64,000 nt of DNA, taken from a bacterium. GTDB taxonomy: Bacteria > Patescibacteriota > Minisyncoccia > Minisyncoccales > CG1-02-41-26. The stretch is from positions 3,597 through 67,596 of the forward strand of contig JAUVXX010000004.1 of assembly GCA_030603395.1 (NCBI GenBank). Reading direction: 5' to 3'. The position numbers and the translations under genes are program-made. This document shows, one piece after another, positions 28,631 to 35,178 of the stretch; within the stretch, counting starts at the first letter, position 1, and each line of letters starts with the position of its first letter. The notes under the pieces are model-generated. The model was not told the DNA's origin, ran no database searches, and saw only the letters and a program-made list of their open reading frames with translations.

Positions 28631-28921
28631 ATGATTTCTAAAAAAGAAGTAGAACATGTGGCTAAGCTGGCTCGGCTTGGCTTGACCTGGAAAGAAATTG
28701 AGAAAATGCAAAAGGAATTGACTTTAATCTTAGATTATTTTGATTTACTAAAAGAGGTTGACGTTTCTCAGGTTCAACCAACCTCTCACTCAATTTTATT
28801 GGAGAACGTAGACCGAGAGGATATTGTCAAAAAAGAAAGCTTAGAGACAGTTAATAAAATTCTAGACGGGGCTCCAGCCAGAGAAAAAGGACACGTTAGG
28901 GTTAAAGGAATACTAAAGTAA
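28631..28921 (+). CDS. gatC: Glu/Asp-tRNA amidotransferase subunit C
   Basis: [10 protein letters not shown]... and position upstream of gatA. Confidence 0.85.
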   Translation: MISKKEVEHVAKLARLGLTWKEIEKMQKELTLILDYFDLLKEVDVSQVQPTSHSILLENVDREDIVKKESLETVNKILDGAPAREKGHVRVKGILK

Positions 28922-28949
28922 TTCTCAATTTTTAATTATCAATTTTCAA

Positions 28950-30371
28950 ATGGTCAAGGGTCTTACAATTTCTGACATTCATCAGGGTTTGCGAAAGAAA
29001 GAATTTTCAGCCCAGGAATTAGCCCAGAGTTATTTTAAAAAAATAAATTCCCTGGATGAAAAATTGGGGGCTTTTTTGGAAATTACCCAAAACGAGGCAT
29101 TGTCACAAGCTAAAAGAGTGGATGAATTAATTTCTCAAGGAAAAAAAGTTTCTTTGATGACTGGAATACCCATGGCTATTAAAGATAATATTTTGGTCAA
29201 GGATGTAAAATGCACAGCCGCCTCAAAAATCCTTGAGGAATATCTGGCTCCCTATGAGGCAACTTCGGTTAAGAAGTTAAGAGGAGAGGGTGCTGTTTTT
29301 TTGGGTAAAACCAATCTGGATGAGTTTGGCATGGGAGCCTCAACCGAAAATTCAGCCTTCAAAAAGACGCGCAATCCTCACGACCCATCTCGAGTGCCCG
29401 GCGGCTCCTCGGGGGGCTCGGCGGTGGCGGTGGCGGCTGACGAGTCTTGCTGTGCTTTGGGTTCTGATACTGGTGGTTCGGTCCGTCAGCCAGCTGCCTT
29501 TTGTGGAGTAGTTGGACTGAAACCAACCTACGGAGCTGTTTCTCGCTACGGTTTAATAGCTTTCGCTTCTTCCCTCGACCAAATAGGTCCGATAGCAAAG
29601 AATGTGGAAGATTGTGAGATTGTTTTTAATGCTATTAAAGGAAAAGACCCTCTTGATTCAACTTCGGTTGAATCAAAATTTTCAATTTCCCATTTTCAAT
29701 TTTCAAACCCAAAAATAGGGGTTCCTAAAGAATATTTCGGAGAGGGGATTGAGCCGGGCGTAGAGAAAATTATCAAAGAAACCATTAAAAAAGTAGAAAA
29801 AGAAGGTGCTAAAATTGAAGAAATTTCTCTGCCTCACACCAAATATGCTTTAGCTTGCTATTATATCATCGCCACTTCCGAAGCAAGCGCCAATTTGGCA
29901 AGGTACGACGGAATAAAATATGGGTTGTCAAAGGATGATGAGCAAAAATCAGACCTTTTAGATGTTTATCTTAAAACAAGAGAAGAGGGATTTGGCCCGG
30001 AAGTTAAAAGAAGAATAATGCTTGGCACCTACACCTTATCGGCTGGCTATTACGAGGCCTATTATCTGAGAGCTCAAAAAGTGAGAACTTTAATCAAGCA
30101 GGATTTTGAGAAAGCTTTTCAAAAAGTGGATGTTATCTTCACCCCGGTCTCTCCTTTTGCTGCTTTCAAAATCGGCGAGAAAGTTAAAGACCCTCTGGCC
30201 ATGTATCTTTCAGATGTTTTTACTGCCTCGGTAAATTTGGCAGGCCTGCCAGCCCTTTCTCTGCCTTGCGGCAAGGTTCGCAAATTGCCGGTAGGGCTTC
30301 AAATAATTGGCAGACCGTTCCGAGAATCAGAAATTTTCCAGGTTGGCAAATTCGTCGAAAAAATAGTTTAA
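28950..30371 (+). CDS. gatA: Glu/Asp-tRNA amidotransferase subunit A
   Basis: Amidase signature [13 protein letters not shown]. Confidence 0.9.
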   Translation: MVKGLTISDIHQGLRKKEFSAQELAQSYFKKINSLDEKLGAFLEITQNEALSQAKRVDELISQGKKVSLMTGIPMAIKDNILVKDVKCTAASKILEEYLAPYEATSVKKLRGEGAVFLGKTNLDEFGMGASTENSAFKKTRNPHDPSRVPGGSSGGSAVAVAADESCCALGSDTGGSVRQPAAFCGVVGLKPTYGAVSRYGLIAFASSLDQIGPIAKNVEDCEIVFNAIKGKDPLDSTSVESKFSISHFQFSNPKIGVPKEYFGEGIEPGVEKIIKETIKKVEKEGAKIEEISLPHTKYALACYYIIATSEASANLARYDGIKYGLSKDDEQKSDLLDVYLKTREEGFGPEVKRRIMLGTYTLSAGYYEAYYLRAQKVRTLIKQDFEKAFQKVDVIFTPVSPFAAFKIGEKVKDPLAMYLSDVFTASVNLAGLPALSLPCGKVRKLPVGLQIIGRPFRESEIFQVGKFVEKIV

Positions 30372-30383
30372 GCAACTAATAAC

Positions 30384-30947
30384 ATGCCCCCAGAAGCTCC
30401 CTCAGGGACAATTGATATCAGACAACTTATCCAGGAAGTTAAAGAAGCTTTCCAGTTTCTAATTTCTTCTCAATTTCAAGAGAGGATTCTTATTCTTAAA
30501 ATAATTTTTATGGTCGTTTCTGTTTTGTTTTTTTTGGCTCTTTTGTATCTTCTTTCAAAAAGCAGTTATCTCGCAGATGCCTACTTTGATGACATGGGAG
30601 ACCTCTCGGCTTTTCGTGAGTTTGGCCAGAAAAAAATAGTTAAGAGATGGACCAAAATTAAAAAGCGTTTGGAAAGAGGTTCTGGGGCCCAACAAAAACT
30701 TAGTTTAATTGAAGCGTTGCAAATGTTTGATGGGGTCTTGGTCAGAGCAGGATACGGAGGGGAAAATTTAGATGAGAGATTGGAAAAACTGACTGAAAAA
30801 GATATGACTAATCTTGAATCAGTACGAGGGGCTCTCCAGACCTGCCAAGATATTGCCCGCGATCCTGATTACCGATTGTCTCGAGAAAGAGCTGAGGAGA
30901 TTTTGAATATTTTTGAGAAAGCCTTCACTGACTTAGAGGTATTTTAG
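30384..30947 (+). CDS. Hypothetical membrane protein
   Basis: 187-aa ORF with one TM segment (IIFMVVSVLFFLALLYLL). Confidence 0.35.
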   Translation: MPPEAPSGTIDIRQLIQEVKEAFQFLISSQFQERILILKIIFMVVSVLFFLALLYLLSKSSYLADAYFDDMGDLSAFREFGQKKIVKRWTKIKKRLERGSGAQQKLSLIEALQMFDGVLVRAGYGGENLDERLEKLTEKDMTNLESVRGALQTCQDIARDPDYRLSRERAEEILNIFEKAFTDLEVF

Positions 30948-30984
30948 GGGTTGAATTTCCTCAGAGTTTAGTATAGGATAGACT

Positions 30985-31055
30985 CGCGGGGTGGAGAAGT
31001 AGTATCTTGCGAGGCCCATAACCTCGAGACGTCAGTGCAATTCTGGCCCCCGCAA
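30985..31055 (+). tRNA. Initiator-like tRNA-Met (CAU) with atypical D and T loops
   Basis: CGCGGGG...CCCCGCA-A acceptor with a C1:A72 mismatch, as in bacterial tRNA-fMet. Anticodon loop is CCCAUAA. The D-loop lacks GG and the T-loop reads TGCAATT. Confidence 0.55.
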
Positions 31056-31088
31056 CAGGAAACATTTTTCGTATAGCGAAAAATGCAC

Positions 31089-31224
31089 AGGAGGGGTCGG
31101 GAGGATTGGGTATCCTCCCGTGTAGGAAAACAGGCTTTCGCCGAAGGCGAAAACGTTAGAAACCGAGGGTGTCTAAGGAGCGGTGTTAGCGCACTCGCTC
31201 AAGGCGAGTGTCGCGTGCCGCGAC
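31089..31224 (+). ncRNA. Unclassified structured RNA motif, copy 1
   Basis: Shares five conserved blocks and two covarying helices with 39529-39640. It abuts the 5' end of the next tRNA. Confidence 0.5.
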
Positions 31225-31297
31225 GCCGGTGTAGCTCAGTGGTAGAGCAGAGTCTTCATAAGGCTAAGGTCGTTGGGTTCAAATCCCACCACCGGCA
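31225..31297 (+). tRNA. tRNA with CAU anticodon (elongator Met or Ile2)
   Basis: GCCGGTG/CACCGGC acceptor, TAGCTCAGTGGTAGAGC D-arm, TTCATAA anticodon loop and GGTTCAAATCC T-arm. Confidence 0.8.
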
Positions 31298-31300
31298 CAT

Positions 31301-31376
31301 GGTCGCGTAGTGTAGCCCGGTCAAACACATCTCCTTGTCACGGAGAAGATCACGGGTTCAAATCCCGTCGCGACCG
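31301..31376 (+). tRNA. tRNA-Asp (GUC)
   Basis: GGTCGCG/CGCGACC acceptor, CTCC-TTGTCAC-GGAG anticodon arm and GGGTTCAAATCCC T-arm. Confidence 0.85.
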
Positions 31377-31402
31377 CAAAAGTTTTCAAGCTCATTTTGG
31401 GG

Positions 31403-31431
31403 TTGACTTTTTTGTTTGGGACTGATAAAAA
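31403..31431 (+). promoter_or_regulatory. Island promoter, copy 1 (GGGGTTGACTT-N15-TAAAAAGAA)
   Basis: TTGACT, a 17-nt spacer, then TAAAAA. The architecture is nearly identical to 33393-33421. Confidence 0.5.
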
Positions 31432-31530
31432 GAAAGTTAGAACCTAAGTGAGTTCATTAAGATTTAAATAGGGAAAGTGAAGATAAAGAAAGAGAAGAAA
31501 TGATTAATATTAAATACGGAGGTGAATTAA

Positions 31531-31896
31531 ATGGGATTAGACATCGGGTTAGATAGCGAAGACAAGCAGCCAAAACGTGGACCATGTCCGTTTTTTGGCA
31601 TAGAAGAAGGATCATTTTCTTGCGAAATTAGGGTGAAAGTTTGCAATCATGATGACAATGTTTCTTCTAGGTGTACAAAGTACCGGATATTAGGGAATAG
31701 ATTAATGCATGAGGTACGGGCAAGATGTGTAGTCTGTCAGAGGGTAGAATTTGAAAATGAATGGCTCAAGCCCGAAGAAATTATCATCCCTAACAGCAAC
31801 AATCCCATACCCTTAGATATCTGGGAGAAATTTGGAGATTTACCAAATGTCTTTTGCCTAGATCCAAAATGTCGGCCAAAAAAGGAGGGGGAATGA
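31531..31896 (+). CDS. Cys-rich small protein (121 aa, 8 Cys) coupled to the radical SAM gene
   Basis: GGAGGTG Shine-Dalgarno sequence. The stop lies 1 nt before the next ATG. CVVC and CLDPKC motifs suggest metal binding. Confidence 0.45.
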   Translation: MGLDIGLDSEDKQPKRGPCPFFGIEEGSFSCEIRVKVCNHDDNVSSRCTKYRILGNRLMHEVRARCVVCQRVEFENEWLKPEEIIIPNSNNPIPLDIWEKFGDLPNVFCLDPKCRPKKEGE

Positions 31897-31897
31897 A

Positions 31898-33109
31898 ATG
31901 ACTACAAAGAAGGCGAGATCAATGTCTAAGAAGTTTTTAGGCAAAACAGTGCAGTTGTATACCACTAGTCTGTGTAAAATGAACTGTCCACATTGCAGTT
32001 CAAGATTACAGATGATACCAGACATGATACTAGCGACATTCAAGCACGTAGTGAAAGACGTAGAAGTAAATGGTGCTCGGCGCATAGAGCTGTTCGCGAA
32101 TGATCCGCTCTTGCACCCCGAAATTGAGGAGCAAGTCGAGGTGCTTAATAAAAGCGGACTTGGCTACGCGATCCTAACCGTCGGTGCCAGCCCGAGAGAT
32201 TCAAGGGATTCAAGTGTAAGGGAACGTTTCTTTCGCGTAATGAGAAAGATTAATCGAGAAAGAGGTGCTTTTGTATTTTCGGTAGATCTCACTGAGGAGA
32301 CTGCCAAAAAGATCCTGACTAAAGGAGGCACGGACGAGAATACGTCGTATGCTTTCAAGGCGAATACATTTTGGGAGTTAGCCCCTCTACTCCAGATGGA
32401 GCAGATCCCTGTGCGCATCAACGTTGTCATTAGTCGATACAATATTGATGAAGTAGTGACAATCATGTGCCGAGCAACAGAAATGGGTTTCGCCGCATCG
32501 TTTTGTTTTGTACAAAACACCGACGCGAAGTTCGATGAACTTTCGCGTAAGGGGCTTACGCCAAAGCTCGAACAGGGCTTCCGTAACTACTTGCACTCCT
32601 CTGGTCTTCTGAGCACTTCCGAAGTTGACCAGATTATTGCGGATACTCACAAGGTTGTAGCAGACAACGAACTGGAAGATAAGAAAAACACAAGCGGCAA
32701 CGTGATTGAACAAAGTCCGTTCAACGCATTCCGTGGCAACGACCGTAGCGAGGGTAGAATTTCCATCATACAACTTGCAAAGCTACGGCGTGATATCCTT
32801 GCCCTCAAAAACAAGTTGAAAGAGAAGATACTTCCGAGTGATGATTTCATTTACGAAATTGGTAATCGTGGTTTCGGATGTATCAAGCTTCTCAAACAAA
32901 ATCAGTTTCCACAAATGAAAATTGGGTCGGAAGGTCAGATGATTTTTTGCTGTGATCTACATGACCCCTGCACCAGCAGGTATTCTATCAATGAGATGGA
33001 TGAAGACAAAAGGAGGGACTCATTTCTTGAAATGATTCGAACCAACCCGTACATTTGGACCTGTCTCTATTTCAATCCGTGTGACTTCAGTGTGAACCAT
33101 GTTGTCTAA
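31898..33109 (+). CDS. Radical SAM enzyme with a C-terminal Cys cluster (possible SPASM/twitch-like auxiliary domain)
   Basis: CKMNCPHC is a CX3CX2C motif. NDPLLHPEI resembles the GGEPLL box. C-terminal cysteines include GCIKL, FCCDLHDPC and WTCLYFNPC. Confidence 0.7.
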   Translation: MTTKKARSMSKKFLGKTVQLYTTSLCKMNCPHCSSRLQMIPDMILATFKHVVKDVEVNGARRIELFANDPLLHPEIEEQVEVLNKSGLGYAILTVGASPRDSRDSSVRERFFRVMRKINRERGAFVFSVDLTEETAKKILTKGGTDENTSYAFKANTFWELAPLLQMEQIPVRINVVISRYNIDEVVTIMCRATEMGFAASFCFVQNTDAKFDELSRKGLTPKLEQGFRNYLHSSGLLSTSEVDQIIADTHKVVADNELEDKKNTSGNVIEQSPFNAFRGNDRSEGRISIIQLAKLRRDILALKNKLKEKILPSDDFIYEIGNRGFGCIKLLKQNQFPQMKIGSEGQMIFCCDLHDPCTSRYSINEMDEDKRRDSFLEMIRTNPYIWTCLYFNPCDFSVNHVV

Positions 33110-33268
33110 GACGCTGGTAGGTGATGCGGGAGAGAGAAATATTTCCGTGGAAACTCACTCGCCAATTTCACGAAGATTCGGTATATATTCAGTGATGCCC
33201 AATGGTTGCACCTCAAATATCTACTTGAAAAGACAAACAGAAATAAGAAGTAAAATGTACAGTCATGA

Positions 33269-33311
33269 CCCGCTGGAGAATCTCATATGAGATCCCAGCG
33301 GGACATTTTTA
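33269..33311 (+). terminator. Rho-independent terminator of the radical SAM unit
   Basis: CCCGCTGG...CCAGCGGG around an internal ATCTCATATGAGAT palindrome, followed by a T-run. Confidence 0.7.
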
Positions 33312-33329
33312 TTAAAATGTTTTTACTTG

Positions 33330-33393
33330 ACCCCGTTAGAAGTCCGAATCAAAGATTCGGCAGTCGCCTCAGGCGACTTACTTTTAACGGGGT
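33330..33393 (+). other. Three-way-junction-capable element overlapping the -35 of the second island promoter
   Basis: 14-bp closing helix ACCCCGTTAGAAGT / ACTTTTAACGGGGT encloses CCGAATC-AAA-GATTCGG and GTCGCC-TCA-GGCGAC. Confidence 0.5.
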
Positions 33394-33421
33394 TGACTTC
33401 CTTGTTTTAACGTGGTAAAAA
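33393..33421 (+). promoter_or_regulatory. Island promoter, copy 2
   Basis: TTGACT, a 17-nt spacer, then TAAAAA, with the same flanks as copy 1. Confidence 0.5.
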
Positions 33422-33456
33422 GAAGAATCAAACTAAAAGAGGAGGTGCTCGTTAAA

Positions 33457-34050
33457 ATGTTAATAATTCATCGTGTCATTTCTCCCGAGGAAGCAAAGAG
33501 GATAAGAAGCATATGGGAACGAATGGGGGCGGTTAAAGCAGAGAGTAAGAGAGAGGCAATCTGTATTGAAAGAGAAGGTAAGCTCCTTGTCTTTGTTGAT
33601 GAAACCAACAATGGTCAAAACTGCCTTCCCCAAGAAAAGAGAGCTAAGCTTTTTGATTTGGAGAGACTTAATAAATGGCCAGAGACTTATGAGGTGAGAT
33701 ACATTCAACCCAAAGTCACACATCTTTGTGGGGCGAGTAAGGTCTGGAATGAGCTACGGGTAGAAGCAGCTGAGGAAGCAATCAGTATTGATGCTTCACT
33801 CAGAACAGACGGACCTTACTGGGCAAGAATGGTGAAGGAAAGTTTCTTGACTGGAACAGTGCCTAAAATAATTGATAAGCATGAATCAATGGGGGACTGC
33901 AGCTGTGAGAAGGGAGAGAAAATAAGAGAGATAGAAGAACTACTTAAATCATTAGAAGAGATTGACGTCGAGTCTCACCAGATTGATAATCTCTATACTG
34001 GTTTAGAGCGGCTACTCGACCTTAAAGTGCCAGAGCTGCTGACTATCTGA
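33457..34050 (+). CDS. Hypothetical protein (197 aa)
   Basis: ATG with GAGGAGGTG upstream. The track start at 33412 (GTG) lies inside the promoter. No family was recognised. Confidence 0.4.
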   Translation: MLIIHRVISPEEAKRIRSIWERMGAVKAESKREAICIEREGKLLVFVDETNNGQNCLPQEKRAKLFDLERLNKWPETYEVRYIQPKVTHLCGASKVWNELRVEAAEEAISIDASLRTDGPYWARMVKESFLTGTVPKIIDKHESMGDCSCEKGEKIREIEELLKSLEEIDVESHQIDNLYTGLERLLDLKVPELLTI

Positions 34051-34090
34051 ACTACAGGTTGGGAAAAGTAGATTCCAAAAGAGTATCATG

Positions 34091-34127
34091 GCCTATCGCG
34101 AGAACATTCTCGCGATAGGTCCTTTTT
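34091..34127 (+). terminator. Rho-independent terminator closing the island
   Basis: CCTATCGCGAGA...TCTCGCGATAGG followed by TTTTT. Confidence 0.75.
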
Positions 34128-34191
34128 GTTGGATTTGTGGATAAATCGGGCTTGAATTTGGGCTGAATTTTAGGTAAAATAAAGGAATAAT

Positions 34192-35175
34192 ATGGATCTG
34201 AAAAAGCTGAAAATTGAGGCAGAAAAAGGAGTAAAAAAGGCATCAAATTTGAAAGAATTGGACAAGATTTTTAAGAAATATTTGGGTAAAAAAGGTGAGA
34301 TTGCCCGAGTTTTTAATTCCTTGAAAAAACTTTCAAAGAACGAGAAAAAGAAAAAGGGCAAGGAGGCCAATCTGGCCAAAATTGGCATTGAGAGAATAAT
34401 CAAAGAGAAATCCAAGAAACTCAAGGAAGAGACAAGGAAACTTAAACTCAAAAAAGAAAGGATTGACGTAACGAGACCTGGCAAAAAAATAGAGGTAGGG
34501 CACTTACACCCCTTAACTTTGGTTCAAAGAGAGGTTGAAGAGATATTTGAATCGATGGGATTTTCGGTTATTCAGGGTCCTGAAGTTGAAACAGAGTGGT
34601 ACAATTTTGACGCTTTAAACATTCCTAAAGACCATCCAGCCAGAGATATCTGGGACACTTTTTGGCTCAAAAACCAGAGGCTTTTGCTGCGCACCCATAC
34701 CTCACCGGTTCAAATTCATTATATGGAAAAACACCACCCGCCCTTGAGAATTATTGTACCGGGAAGATGTTTCCGGCACGAAGCAACCGATGCCTCACAT
34801 GGCGTTCAATTCTATCAGCTTGAGGGACTAATGGTGGATAAAAACATTTCCGTCGCCAATTTTAAGGCCGTCATTGAGGAATTTTTAAAAAGATTCTATA
34901 AAGCAAAAGTTGAGATTCAATTAAGACCGAGTTATTTCCCTTTCACTGAACCAAGCTTTGAGATAGATGTCAGGAAGGGAAAAGGGAAATGGGTTGAGAT
35001 GATGGGGGCTGGTATGGTTCATCCCAATGTTTTAAAAGCAGCCAAAATCAATCCCAAAAACTGGCAGGGGTTTGCCTTTGGGGTGGGCTTAGATAGATTG
35101 GCTATGGTCAGGTATAAGATTGAAGACATTCGCTTATTTTACAGCGGCGACCTGCGCTTTCTAAAACAATTCTAA
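34192..35175 (+). CDS. pheS: Phenylalanyl-tRNA synthetase alpha subunit
   Basis: Class II core (FRHEATDASH, FPFTEPS, GAGMVHPNV). Confidence 0.9.
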   Translation: MDLKKLKIEAEKGVKKASNLKELDKIFKKYLGKKGEIARVFNSLKKLSKNEKKKKGKEANLAKIGIERIIKEKSKKLKEETRKLKLKKERIDVTRPGKKIEVGHLHPLTLVQREVEEIFESMGFSVIQGPEVETEWYNFDALNIPKDHPARDIWDTFWLKNQRLLLRTHTSPVQIHYMEKHHPPLRIIVPGRCFRHEATDASHGVQFYQLEGLMVDKNISVANFKAVIEEFLKRFYKAKVEIQLRPSYFPFTEPSFEIDVRKGKGKWVEMMGAGMVHPNVLKAAKINPKNWQGFAFGVGLDRLAMVRYKIEDIRLFYSGDLRFLKQF

Positions 35176-35178
35176 TTT

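Noticed and set aside
31089-31224. Possibility that the twin RNA motif is RNase P RNA or SRP (4.5S) RNA
   Set aside because: Short strings resemble RNase P CR-II/III (GGTG..AGCGCAC) and the P4 5' strand (AGGAAA), and also the 4.5S 5' region (GGTTCTCCCG). The P4 3' strand (ACAGAA..GG..UUA) is absent, as are the GAGGAAAGUCC block and the SRP GGAA/AGCA helix-8 motif. Each unit is only 110-135 nt and there are two copies.
31083-31310. 75-aa ORF from the six-frame track
   Set aside because: It runs through the structured RNA motif and across tRNA(CAU) into tRNA-Asp. It has no ribosome-binding site and is almost certainly not coding.
33099-33290. 63-aa ORF overlapping the radical SAM stop, considered as a RiPP precursor
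   Set aside because: It has no ribosome-binding site, and its 3' end is encoded by the terminator hairpin. Its composition is unremarkable apart from a single Cys. It cannot be excluded, but nothing in the sequence alone supports it.
34130-34191. Search for a direct repeat of the tRNA-Asp 3' end marking the island's distal att site
   Set aside because: No convincing copy of the tRNA 3' segment (GGGTTCAAATCCCGTCGCGACC) is visible near 34050-34190. The island's mode of insertion therefore remains unsupported.
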